Positions 1 to 12,949 of a DNA stretch of 64,000 nt are shown here, in pieces (positions within the stretch are counted from its first letter, which is position 1; each line of letters opens with the position of its first letter). A program made the translations under genes and the position numbers. The DNA comes from Epiperipatus broadwayi (taxonomy: Eukaryota; Animalia; Onychophora), in the NCBI GenBank assembly GCA_028023455.1, contig JAQFVV010000001.1, positions 28,334,001 to 28,398,000 of the forward strand, in the 5' to 3' direction. The notes below the pieces were generated by a model. It was not told the DNA's origin. It ran no database searches and saw only the letters and a program-made list of their open reading frames with translations.

Positions 1-199
1 TTTTTTTTGTAGCATTCTGTTTTTCCTATCATCTCAATTTGAGTTTATGAAACTTTCTATAATAACAACATTATTACCATCAAGAAAATTTCTTAATATG
101 AAGATATATATTTTCTTAACCTAGCAATTATAGCTATTTAACAATAATATTATGCAAACAAAAAAAAAATTCACAATCTCCTCTATCAATATATCAAAA

Positions 200-910
200 T
201 GATCTCTGCATAATGTTTATATGTAATGCAGTCATTTAATATTACTTGTACAATATCAACTGTTATATGGATTAATGGATAATTTTGGATATAATTGCAT
301 GGCATTTCTCAATCATTGTTAAAGACTGCATTACAGATCTATTTTAATAATATTGTCTGTCATGCCAAGATCAATATTTCTTTTCTGCTTCAGAGATTAC
401 AACCATAGTAACATCTCAGCAAGAGAAGGTTCAGTCTTCTGACACTCTAACTGATCTAGAACTTTATGTTTTAAGATCAACTGTTCTTGAATTTGACTCT
501 GATTTTTGTTTTTAGATGTATATATTCCAATTTCTTCTACCATCTATTGAAATGATTCCTGCATAATATTTACTTTCAATTGAGATAACCAAATAATACA
601 GCCATTTAAAATTATTAACTATGTTAGTGCAATATCAACTGTCAGTTTTGGATATAATTACATGATATTTCCCAATCATCATCAAAAGATTATATTAGAG
701 TTATATATCTCTTTTATGTGTATTTCAATGTTTCTTTTCTCCTTATGGATCCTCATTCTAAGAAACACTTCAACATGATGAGGTTCAGTTTTTTAAGGCC
801 CTAAATGGATCTGAAACAGGACATTTTAAAATTGTTTGTTCTTTTATTTAATTCTGATTTTTTTTTCCATATATTTTTAAGATGAGGGTATTTCCCATTT
901 TCAATATGCC
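200..910. repeat. Degenerate tandem duplication, about 350-370 bp unit, 2 copies
   Basis: Shared blocks recur about 360 bp apart, e.g. caatatcaactgt...ttttggatataatt at ~250-300 and ~630-660, and aggttcagt at ~428 and ~781. Confidence 0.55.
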
Positions 911-1923
911 CATTCCACTTTTATTTGAGATTATGGCTATTGTTTTTTTTTTAATTGATCAGTTTTATAATATATCTGACTTCTGTGATATCTTGTATTT
1001 ACAAACAAATATAAGAATTGTGATAATAAAATACTTAAAATATTTAATATTAAGATCCCAGTTAATTTATCAAATTTTCATTTTAAAAATATTTCTTATA
1101 ATTCTAGTGGCATTTGTCATATCCTAAACTTTTCTAGATCCAAATTACTTTTTCAAATAAAACTAATTCAATGTATTAGAAATAATAATGTTTAAATATT
1201 TAATTTTCTGGAAAAATTGTTACCAATCTTTTTAATACTATATACTTCTTTTTTTTTTTTTATGGTTGATATTAATCCTTTTAGCAACCAAAATTTTATT
1301 TAGTTTAGATAAATTTATGTTAAATATGATTTTTATTTGAATTTTTAGTTTTACTTATGTTTTTTTTCCTTTAGATGATTTATGATTTTTTTTTTAATTC
1401 TAAAGGATATTTTATATTTTAAATGGCAAATAATAGCTATATTTTATTCACTCATTCATCTGTGATAACTTCTGATTTTATATTTCTGTTAGAAATACAG
1501 CATTTTTATTATTGTAAAATAAATTGATGATGTTATAGTGTAACTATGACATATTTAAAAATATGGTATTATATTTTTGTACTTCTGAGTCATTTTTTGA
1601 GCTTTGCACATCATAAAATGATTTTATTTGTCAACTTTTAGTATTTTCTATAAAGTTTTTATTCATAATGTCACATAACTATTTATCACACACTATCAAT
1701 GTTCAATCATTATACAAAATCTTTTTTAGTCAAGTCACTGTTTGTAATTTCCATTCATATCTTATCTATGTATCTAAAATTTTATTCACCTTAATATATT
1801 GAAATGATATATTCTATAGAAATATATTTAATTTATGTATAAATTATGAAAATGTGTGGGAAAGCAATTTTATTTAATGATTTTTAAAAAAAATGTGACA
1901 TCATTGAATGTGTTCAAAATAAT

Positions 1924-2057
<134 letters not shown>

Positions 2058-2666
2058 TAAAAACATTATGCACTCTATTTATAAAAGTAGATTTTATTAA
2101 ACTATAATTTAAATGAAAGTCAAAGTTTTTATAATTGTACAAAATATTATTTTGTTGAAATCAGTTTTGTTTTATTTAAAAATTAATCTGTAGAGAACTG
2201 ATAAATTTTTTTTTACTAAATATTCTAAATTATGAATTGTAAAATCATTTATATTTCTGTTGGTGCTTTCCAAGAATAACTTCTTGTAAAATTGATTGAT
2301 CACGTGAACTGATTGGATTGCTATGCTTTTAAAAGAAAAGTAATCAAGTTTTAAGCTCTATAAAATGAATTTCTAAGTATATATTTTTATCCCAAGAAGA
2401 TGGATTCAATCTCAAATGGATGACATATTCTTTCATATCTTCATCAACAATGAATAGGAGAACTTGTCATACCAATTGCTAAAAAAAAAATCATTTTTTT
2501 CAACTTTATACAGCCCTGTCTTCTACTTGTATATTTCAAAATGGATTGACATAATGGATGGAATGATTTTCTTCTGGTTATTTTTTTTATCATTTGTTCA
2601 AACAATTGCTGAAAGAAAACTGAATTTTGACTTGTAAATAAATCACAGTAAATAAAAGCAATTTAA

Positions 2667-4146
2667 AATCTCTAAGTGCTTTGCACACAGACAATGAAGT
2701 TTTAAATTTAATTGTATATTAAGCTAAGTGCATTCATGCGTTAAGTACTTCCATATTCATAGCTAGGCGTGTAATGAGAAAATAGTATAATGCATATGAT
2801 ATGCAAATATATGTAAATTTTAATTCATCATTTACAATGTTCATTTTCTTGATCAAGCTTTTTTCTGTTACTTGCTGCAGGATCACTTGCTATTGGTTCT
2901 CTTCATACAAACAATACTTGCTACTAATGGTTGAAAAATGTGGCTGGTAGTTTTCTCATGTTTGGCGAATATTGAATTACCCAGTGCCTTGGTTTTGGTT
3001 CTTTTATATAAGTATTTATGCTGGGATAATCTGGTTGCAATATTTATCTTGGTTTCACCACAATAGATGGCATGGCAATTATCATGGTGCAGGAGGAGTC
3101 AATTCAGGTGTTATTGTCCTTAGTATTATTAATTAATCTATTGGTGGAGGGGTAAATGAAAAGCAATTTTGAATTCATTGCAAAGTTTATTGATTACTTG
3201 TTTAGATAATTAGTAGATGTATGGAATAACATGGTTTGTTTACTTTCTGTTGTTGATTTATTTTATAGAAAAATTGATTGACTTTTTTGTTGATGACTGC
3301 CCATGTCCTATATTGACAAGATTATCTATATATTGGATTAGATTGTCTCTCATGTCAGCTTCGTATTTACATAAGGAGTGGTTCCTGAAGAGAAATGATG
3401 AGAGTGCTGCAAGTTTGTGAGTTTGGGATGCATAGGAGTCAGAATGAATTATGCCTCTAACTTCCACAGGTTTTACTACCATTTGGTAATCCAGCTTATG
3501 TGTATCTTTAATAATGCGAATATCCAAGTATTTAACTTCTTGTGGGTTTTCCTAAACTATGGTGAGGTTAAGCTTGGTGAGGTTCTGCAAGTTATTTTGT
3601 ATGTCAAATATATTTTCTATTGCAGCAATAAATATGTCATCAACATAGCGTGTATATATGATGTCAGGTGTGGCATTAAATAGGCAAGATTTGCTGTTCG
3701 AAATGGTTGAGAACAATACTGGAAATTATACCACTGAGTGGAGGCCCATAGGCCAACCATTATGCATGCAAAACCATTTATTTCTAAATATAGCGATTAT
3801 ATTCGCATCTACCCATTTTAAGAAATTGACGGTAAATGCCAAATGCATAAGTGACAAGTTCTTAGCTGTCAGTTTTTGGCTGATTAATTCAATGGATTGT
3901 TAATGATCAATTGACCAGTAAAGTTTCGTGAAATCTAACAATGCAGTGTTAAATGTTGGATGCACAACTGCATTTTTGATTTTGTCTACAAACTCAAAAG
4001 ATGATTTGATGCCATATCTTCCAAATCTTAATTCATCTTTGAGCCATTGATTAATTATGATACAAGTGATAAAATAGTGAGCGACTTCAAAACTAAGCAT
4101 AAGCCTGAGGGGTTCATCTGGCAAAAATTTGAGGTCAAGAATCATT
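2667..4146 (-). mobile_element. Penelope-like element, decayed 5'-truncated copy (RT, C-terminal helical domain, GIY-YIG)
   Basis: Minus-strand peptides KSSFEFVDKIKNAVVHPTFNTALLDFTKLYWSID (RT motif A region), IIHSDSYASQTHKLAALSSFLFRNHSLC (PLE post-RT HxxSxHxxxHK motif) and CHAIYCGETKINIATRLSQHK...FAKHEKTTSHIF (GIY-YIG). Confidence 0.85.
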
Positions 4147-5455
4147 AGCTTTACATGTCAATTGATGATAAACAATCCATTGAATTAATCAGCTGAGAAC
4201 TTCTCACCTATGCATTTAGCATTCATCATCGATTTTTTAAAAGGCTAGATGTGAATATTATCACTATATTTAGAAATAAATAGTTTTGCATGAATAATAG
4301 TTGGTCTGTGGGCCTTCCACTCAGCAGCATAATTTCCAGTATCGTTCTCAATCATTTCAAACAGCAAATCTTGCCTACACACTTTAACGCCACATCTGAT
4401 ATCATATATACACACTATGTTGACAGTATATTTATTGCTGCAACAGAAAATATACTTGACATACAAAATAACCTGCAGAATCTCACCAAGCTTAATCTCA
4501 CCATAGTTTGGGAAATCCCACAACAGGAAGTTAAATACAAGAATATTTGCATTAGTAGAGATATATATAAGCTGGATTACCAAAAGGTAGTAAAACCTGT
4601 GGAAGGTAGAGGCATAATTCACCCTGACTCCTACACAGCCCAAACTCACAAACTTGCACTCTCTGTGTTTCTCTTCAGGAACCACTTCTTATGCAAATAC
4701 GAAGCTGACATGAGAGACAATCTAATGCATTATATAGATGATCTCATCAATATAAGATACAAACAGGCAGTCATCAACAAAAAAGTCAATCAATTTTTAT
4801 AAAATAATTTAACAACAGAAAGTAAACAAACCACACATCCTTATTCTATACATCCACTCATTATCTAAACAAATAATCAATAAACTTTTCAACAAATCCA
4901 ATTTTTTTTTCATTTACCCCCTACACCAATAAATTAATTAATAATACTAAGAACAGAATAACACCCAAATTGACTCCTCATGTCATGTACAAAATCACTG
5001 CCATCATAATTGTCATGCCACCTATTATGGTGAAACCAAGGCAAATATTGCAACCAGATTATCCCAGCACAAATACTTATATAATAGAACCAAAACCAAG
5101 CCACCGGGTGATTCAATATTCGAGAAAACTACTGGCCATGTTTTTCAACCATCAGCAGTGAGTATTGTTTGTATGAAGAGAAACAATGCAAAACACAAGA
5201 TTAAAGAAGCTTGCTACATAACAAGTGATCCTGCAGCAATTAACAGAAAAGAAGCTTGCTTCTTTATATCAAGAAAATGGACATTGTAAATGATGCACTC
5301 AAATTTACATATATTTGCACATCTTATGCATTGTACATATTTTCTCATTACACACCTAACTATGAATATGGGAGTACTTATCTCCCAAAAGCACTTAGCT
5401 TAATATACAATTAAATTTAAAGCTTCATTGTATGTGTGCAAAGCACTTAGAAATT
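4147..5455 (+). mobile_element. Penelope-like element, inverted second arm
   Basis: ORF 4290-4802 has GLPLSSIISSIVLNHFKQQIL (RT motif B) and YVDSIF (degenerate YVDD). A frameshifted VMYKIT-CHHNCHATYYGETKANIATRLSQHK GIY-YIG lies at ~4980-5100. The segment is the reverse complement of 2667-3925. Confidence 0.88.
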
Positions 5456-6244
5456 TATATACATCATTGAAGTAAATAAAACCTTATTTATTTCAAAAAA
5501 GCAATGTATACATTTTTTATGAAATATATATTTTGTAAAATAAAGTTTCTGATATGTTTTTAATACAGCTATTAATTACTATTAACTTGCTTTTAATTTT
5601 AAATATTCTATAAATTTATAATTTGCAAGAAAGTATGTATTTAAATTATTCTTTTCAAATATTCTGTTGAAATAATCAAAATATGGTATAAATTTGAATA
5701 ATAATATTTTTTTATTATTTATGAAAGTATGCTGACATCATATTTTTGTGCATATTGTAAAATATACAATCTTTGTTATTTAATGATAATGACTTATAAT
5801 TTTTAGTTTATAATGATGTTTAATTGCTACTGAGTATTTATTGTGAGTTTGATATTATTAATACACCTGGATCTCGTTTTATGCTGATTATTTTAATGTG
5901 ATTTTGAAGTTATGCGATTCATGTTTCTTCTTAATGTCTTTCATATTTCATTATATTTATTAGATATCAAGAAATTTAAATTATTAATAACTTATTTTCA
6001 TTTGAAATTTTTTTTTTTCCAAAAATGTGTTATATTAGTAGCTAACGTGAAATGGCCTGAAGCAGTATTTAGATTTTTAGCTTCTATGTAAATAACTTAT
6101 TTATACTAATGAGTAAATAATAATAATAGATTTATACTTACATATAAAAATATTGCAATAAATATTCAAAAAGTTTAAACTTTTAAAACATACATTGTTA
6201 TATATAACAGAAATAAATAATCTTTTAGATTTTTAAAATAAACG

Positions 6245-6316
6245 AAGATTTTATAAACTGAAAATAATCTTTCTAATGATAAGATTTTATAAACTGAAAA
6301 TAATCTTTCTAATGAT
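6245..6316. repeat. Perfect tandem duplication of about 36 bp inside the pogo-type element
   Basis: aagattttataaactgaaaataatctttctaatgat occurs twice in tandem. Confidence 0.9.
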
Positions 6317-6434
6317 AATATATAATATTTTGTTTTGATTGCGATTTCATTTTTTTTAATATAGGAATAGAAAACCATTAGCACAGCATAAGACAGAAAG
6401 TGGTGCTAGTTGTACATCACATCATGAATAAAAA

Positions 6435-6520
6435 TAAAGTGGCTAACAGGTTTCTCTGGGCATAATTGCTGAGAGATTCTTGACTTCGTTTAAGGAGAAG
6501 CTACAATACATCACATCAAG
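6435..6520 (+). mobile_element. Short 3'-end fragment of the LINE family found at 7530-9420
   Basis: gtggctaacaggtttctctgggcataattgctgagagattc...catcacatca matches the reverse complement of 7536-7620 and ends in a CATCA-repeat tail. Confidence 0.75.
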
Positions 6521-7529
6521 TCTGATTTCTTACTTCTTTACAAACAAACACTAGCGGTAATGATTAAAATATGTATGAAAAATGTAAAATTAAATACTGT
6601 AGTAATAAAAAAAGGAAAAAGTTTGTCTTGTATTAATTTTTCTCAAATATTTGAAATTTTTTATTAGTCATACTTTAATTGCTTATTTTTTTAATGCGAA
6701 TTTTAAAGTAATTCTTTTTTGCTGCTTTGCTTTTATGTGAATTCTGAAAATTACAGCACCTATCCTCCATTTTTCAAGGTAAGTCAAGTCTATTTTTGTG
6801 CGATTTTTTTTTAATGCGGATTTTCTATGGAACTTATCTACAACATAAAACGAGAGCCAGGTGTACTAGTTGTAAATTTCCTATGGCTTCATTTTTATAA
6901 TAACAGGTTTGTAATAAATACTTTTATAAGAGCATGGTGATGTCATTATACCTTCGATACATACAGCTATAATGATGAATTAGTATTGATATTATTTAAA
7001 TATTTTATGTATGTTGTCATGCATGTAATTGTTCTTTTACTTTAAATATTATAGTATTGAGTTTATCTTATCTTTGAAAGGCTTTTTACCCATTGCTTTC
7101 TCTTGTAAGCCTTCATTACTAACAATTTATATGAGTGCTAGCCTGGTTTAGGTTGACAATATGATAACTTGTTAATCATGTATGCAGTGATTGATTTTAA
7201 ACATTATTGTTTTTTTTTTAAATAAGTTATTTTGTTTGTTAAATATACATTTTGTTTATTTTATTATTTATCACTACTTGAGCAATAATTTGAATAAAAT
7301 TATAAAATATGCATATGCTAAATACAATATATGTGTCCAGAAGTAACTCATGCTGGGTAAAGTTCTTTTCTTTCTCCATAATTTGTTGTTAGTTGGAGGA
7401 ATTTTTTTTTGTAATTTATGGCTTTCCAACATTTGTGGTTAAGTGTGACTTTACAGGTAAACTTCTTATTTTTTTAGGATTTGCTTTCATTAGTTAAAAA
7501 TATTAGGTAATAATTTGGTATAAGAAAGA

Positions 7530-9420
7530 AGTAATGTGATGTGATGCACTGTGACTTCTTCTTATAGAGAGTCAGGAATCTCTCAGCAATTATGTCCAGA
7601 GAAACCTGTTAACCACTTTGATTTCCCTTTTCATTCCCCATCCCAAGTTTTCCCATATTCTTCTTTATTCTGCTCTATCCCATTTCCACAATATAATCTT
7701 TGTCAACTCCATGGCCTTTATATCTAAAACCCCCTTATCTTTTCCCAAACCCAGCATAAAAACCAATAAACTATTTTCTTTGTAATCACTTTGTTCATAT
7801 TTATTCTTTCACAACTTCATTATTTGTATCCTTTCTGCTTTCAAACATTTACATTCAATTAACAGATGCCTAATATTTTCCATGCTTATACCACCACCAT
7901 TTTTTTTCTATTGATAACCTGCCATATGAAGTCTTCCAGAATAGGTTATTTTTTTAGATGTTTTCACTACTGCTAATACCTCAAGCTCTTCATTTTTAAA
8001 TGCTTTGTTTAATTGCAGCCACTTTTCTGGTCTCCTACCACCTTGCATATTCAAATACCGAATTTTAATAATTTCTTTTCTAACTACTCTTTTATAAATT
8101 TTTTTGACTCTTTCTTCTCCATTACATTTATAAATAACTTGCATACCATTAATTTTACAGCCATTCCCTCTCCACATCTACATTTATATCTAAATCAGCT
8201 ACCCTTTGATTATTACTTACATTCTGTTCATTCTTTTTTCTAATAACACTGCCACTCACCCCACCCCCTTTATAAGTTTTATCGAACTATATTCTTTATA
8301 AATCAAACTCCCTAAAACTTCACTTTGTTTTTGTAAGTGCAATCCATCTTTACTATATAACTCCCTCTTTCCAATAAAAAAATCCCACACATCCATAAAC
8401 ATGACATCATTTCTCTCACACAATTTTTTCAATCTCTCGTTTTTAGAACATGTCCTATCTAACATTTTCCTCTTGTCAAATCTTGGTAATAATCCAACTA
8501 TTTCTACACTTTCTTTAATCTAACTCAAACTTCTAATCAGTTCTATGTACTCATTTATTACTCTCTCTCTCTGATGGTTCTGACAAATTATTGGTCCCTA
8601 CCATAACAGATATCTCTACTCCCTTACTTCTTTATTTTATCTGTAATATCCCTAATTCTAGCTCCAGGCAAACATACTTATACATATCTGTTTGTATTTT
8701 CTCTTGCAGTTATATATTCATATTCTCTAATTAATCAATCTCCCATCAATACTGTCTCATAATCTATTTTCTCTGCTTCATACACAACATTCTCTATTAA
8801 CTTCTGGACTTCTTTATCTATTTCTTCCTTATTACTACTCAATTTCTTCATCTCTAATGATTTTAATTTTGCTTCTACATTTTTTATCTTTTCCTCTATC
8901 TTACTTATTATTTGGCTAACCATCTCCATTTCACTACTAGTTTTTCCACCCATATCTCCAGTCACTCCAGTAAAACCACACTCTATCTTATCTCTTTCAA
9001 TTACATTTTGCTCCATTTCTTTTGATTGATTTCCTCTTTAAACCATCTACCCATAGAAAACAAATTTTCAACTCATTTATCACATTTACACACTATCTAC
9101 ATAACCATAGACCTGTTACATCCTCCCTAGTCTTATTTAAACATTTCAAGTGAAAAACTTCATAACATATAGTACTTTCTACCACACCATGCCTAATTTC
9201 TTTCTGACCATTTATATATGCATTGTGGAATGCAAATGCAATTTAAATTTCTTATTTTACAAGTCACCTACTTTATATTTCACTTTATACTTTCTATCCT
9301 TCAAACCATTTTTCATGGAAGGATAGAAACTTTACTTTCTTTCAATAACGATCGATCGATAGCCACGGGTTTTCTGACTGTAAACCTCCAAAACGTTATT
9401 GTTTTCCTCAAATAAATCAT
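7530..9420 (-). mobile_element. Internally deleted non-LTR retrotransposon with coiled-coil plus SGNH-esterase ORF1 (RTEX/CR1/L2-like)
   Basis: ORF1 has a coiled coil (8735-9016), CLPGARIRDITDKIKE (SGNH block II) and LYSKDGLHL (block V). ORF2 starts YLNMQGG...ELEVLAVVKT...KKNGGGI (APE N-terminus) and continues directly into ENIRHLLIECKCLKAER (C-terminal Cys/His motif). The 3' tail is (CATCA)n. Confidence 0.8.
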
Positions 9421-10061
9421 TCCGTTTTTTAAATTAATTTTAAAAAAATATATTAGTAGCAAATTTACTAAAAAACAACTAATCTTACATATAACTTAGT
9501 TATAAAATGTCCTTACCTTAACAGATATTCAACAAAATGATTTTTTTTAAACTTCTATATTTACAATAGCAAACAATCACTTTCTAAATGTTGCCAATTC
9601 CTGATCTTTCCAAATTCAGTTATATCTATTTCTCATAATCACAAGTTTCTGTCACTTTCATACAACAAATAAACATTCTTTGTATCGATTAATCTCACAT
9701 GATTAATCACATAGAAAAATAAGAATTTTAACTTATGAGTTCACGCAGATTAAAAACGTCAGAAGTCAAAATTGATTATCTAGTGAAGTTACATATCAAA
9801 CTACTTTATTCATTACACTATATTACTTACAATTTTTTTAATGATCATATTTTATAATAGTCTTCTATAGCTCCATATTTTCTTTCAACATCTTACTAGC
9901 TTCTTGTATTGTATTGGGTTGTTGATTTGATCACATTCTGCTAATCTGCATTTCATTTAGTTTGTATAAAAGAATATAAATATTATCTTTTTTTTAAAGT
10001 TATGAATATTTTCAGTGTGAGTTTATTTAGACAGTAAATGAGTCCTACTATTTCTACTTAG

Positions 10062-10139
10062 AGAATTGAAAACAAGGAAATGATAAAACATTCTCAACAC
10101 TTATGGAGAGATACAGAAGAAACTTCTGCAATACGTTAT
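10062..10139 (+). CDS. Candidate exon of an unidentified plus-strand gene (RIENKEMIKHSQHLWRDTEETSAIRY)
   Basis: tttctacttag acceptor, 78 nt open in phase 0, but a weak gtgatg donor. Confidence 0.3.
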
Positions 10140-10826
10140 GTGATGAGCTGCTACGCTTTGCATATCTATATATATCAGGATTTGTCTAATATATCAATAA
10201 TCATAGTAATTACCTATACCACCAAATGCTCATTATATTGTCATACATTTTTTACAATGAGACATTCCTCATGCAAATAGAAAAATGGAAAGGGAGTAAA
10301 TTAAAATAAAACTTAAAAGCCAAAATAAATAAAAATTTATTCAATACTATTCTTCTCATTAGCAAATGTTTGCAGCTGAAAAAAAAAGTTTTATCTTGTA
10401 TTTGAACACTACATTTTTTTATAAAAATTCCAAAACATTTAAAAAGAATTTTGAAGGCCACCTCTTCTAAATTGATAGGAATCCTAGGACCTGTACTAAT
10501 ATGTATTAAACTCGGTATATCTCGATTTATGTATGTATGTAAAAGTCTTATGGAATTTCAACTTATTAATCTTTTAATTAGTATTTTAATTATAAGATTT
10601 TCAAAGCTTATTTTAAATTTTGCTTTTAAGCTATTGTTGAAAGTAATTATATTCACATTTGAACTTTTATTACCCTATCAAAATCAGATGCAAAAATGTC
10701 TTCCAGTTTAATCGAGTATCAGTCTTTTATTAAAAATTAATAATGAAAATAATTTTAATTAAATGATTCATTAAATTTTCCAGTTGCATGTTAATAATTA
10801 ATTGTAAAGAAAAAGCTTTTTTTAAG

Positions 10827-10881
10827 AAGCTGACATTTAAGAAAAAAAAGTTCAGATAAACCTGAAGGATATTTTATATAT
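10827..10881 (+). CDS. Candidate exon (KLTFKKKSSDKPEGYFIY if the A8 run is read as A7)
   Basis: ctttttttaag acceptor and strong gtaagtc donor. It is 55 nt and open only if the homopolymer length is corrected. Confidence 0.25.
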
Positions 10882-11386
10882 GTAAGTCAACTTTATATAT
10901 ATAATTAATAAAATATTTTCAACATAAAAATAAAATGTGGGTTTTTTTTACTTCCACAAACATTTTTTTCTAAAATATACTTAATTAATTGGAATTCTGA
11001 CTGACATTGTTAAATGTCATTTAATCATAGATTTAATAATATTAAGAATGTAGGTGGAGCATGAATTTTAGATAACCTTTACTCATTATTACTTTTTATT
11101 ATTATACTTATTTTATGAAAACATTTTTTTTAATTACATGGAAATGTTGTGACTATTAATGTGGAAAATTAAGTTAGAGTTTATCTACCTGCAATCTTTT
11201 TTTAACTTAATGTACAGAATTGATTCACAATGCACCTATATTGAGTTAATCAATTGTTTGTTTATATTTAATATAAATAAATTAAACTCTTGTTTTAGTT
11301 GCTAAATAAGTGTGGGTGTCATAAGGTGTTTATGTACCTGAAGTGATAAACTGAATATGATTATTCTGATTTTATTTTGTTTTTAT

Positions 11387-12589
11387 GGTACTAGTCGATT
11401 AGTCCCTGCACGATGCTTGATGTCGCTGATTCCATGCAAAAGCACATAGATATGCTGTTTACGTGGCCTATAGAACAGTTCTATTCATATTATTCACTAA
11501 GTAGGCCTAGATAGCATTGCACACAAATTTATAGCCTGCTTTTGTGCTCCATGGTACTATGCAAATAGCGCACATTTCACAGATCACTTTGGTATGATGT
11601 GAGGGAGTGTAGAATTCAAGTAGCCATAACTCATTTCTTGTGCATTTGAAGTAATGATTTTTTACATGATCTGATGTAGTTTTAGATAGTAATGATTGTA
11701 AGCCCATCACCGCTCTTCCGTACACATCTTTTTAAGGTGAAACGGATTGCAAAATCATGTACCAGCAGCATTTTACAGAAATCACATGAAAAATGTATTT
11801 GGACAAAAACAGCTACGAGACTACTAAAACGGTTGTGGTTTGTCATTTTTAAAAGCATATGCTTGGTTTGATCAGACATTAATTTTTAAATGGAATTCTT
11901 ACATTTCATTGAATAATGTTGTTTCGGAAATTTTTTAAAAATAGTTTTCAAAATGTTGCCATGGAATGTTTCTAATATTTATATTTTTTTTTGTTTGATC
12001 AGAGTAGCGCATATTTTTGTTTGATGAGATGGTAATCTTAAAATGGAATTTTTACATTTTATTAAATAATGTTATTTCATAAATTTTTTTAGAATAATTT
12101 TCAAAATGTCGCAGAATGTTTCTAATATTTGTTTTTTGTTTGATAAGAGTAGCACATGTTTTGGATGATCCTTCAGATCGTCAAAACCATCATCCACCTC
12201 CCTGCACATTCCAGCACTATGCACTGCCATGTGTATTGTGATTAAAAAATGTTGGTTCAGAGTAGTGCATCTTTTGGACTATTCTTCAGATCATCAAAAA
12301 CAGCAGTCCCTCTCTCTGCACATTCCAGCACTGCATGCTGACATGTCTAATGTAATTTAAAAATGTAATTTAGAAATGAAAAGTAAATGCAGTTTTTTTA
12401 AAAAAAAATGTTTTTAAGAAAAATAAATGTAAATCTCTCTTAAAAAAACAAACAGGTGAAAGCGTTATATTTATTTGATTTTAAATAAATAATAACAAAA
12501 TTGTAAATCAGCCTGGTAACATTATATCTATTGGTTTTTGAGTAGCAGTAGAGCCATCAAGTGCATGCAGTGGCTAATCGATTAGTACC
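11387..12589. mobile_element. Non-autonomous TIR DNA transposon with AT target duplication (ISL2EU/Harbinger-related-like)
   Basis: at|GGTACTAGTCGATTAGTCCCTGCAC...CTTGATG and CATCAAG...GCAGTGGCTAATCGATTAGTACC|at form about 35 bp imperfect TIRs. Superfamily is inferred only from the GG..CC ends and AT TSD. Confidence 0.7.
11885..12365. repeat. Two internal tandem arrays (about 140 bp x2 and about 110 bp x2) in the TIR element
   Basis: aaatggaatt..tacattt..aataatgtt repeats at ~11888 and ~12040. cttcagatc.tcaaaa...ctgcacattccagcact repeats at ~12170 and ~12285. Confidence 0.8.
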
Positions 12590-12949
12590 ATTTTTATTTA
12601 TTGAAGATATATGCAAATAGTCTTATGTACAAGGAAAAAAACAGTTGTTTATTTTAAAATAAATAATACTTTCAACATACCGGTTCATATAGATGAACAT
12701 TGTGAAAATATACCATGACAATGATATATATCATGACAGTTTTTTTATACAAAACAAAATAGTTTGTGCATACTTGTTTAAATATTCAAATTATATACTA
12801 TAATGGAATAAAAATATGAACAGAAATGTAAGTGATAATAAGGTCAAAATCAAATCTTTCAATTATAATCATACAGTATAAGTCAATAGCCACAACATAT
12901 TGCACTATTTATGTACCTGAATATAGGGGCTCTAAGATTTAAGGTCATC

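Larger units (their letters stand above)
5864..6863. mobile_element. Non-autonomous pogo/Tigger-type (Tc1/mariner superfamily) element, copy 1
   Basis: TIRs CACCTGGATCTCGTTTTATG / CATAAAACGAGAGCCAGGTG with TA on both sides. A second family member is at 45869-47142. Confidence 0.85.
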
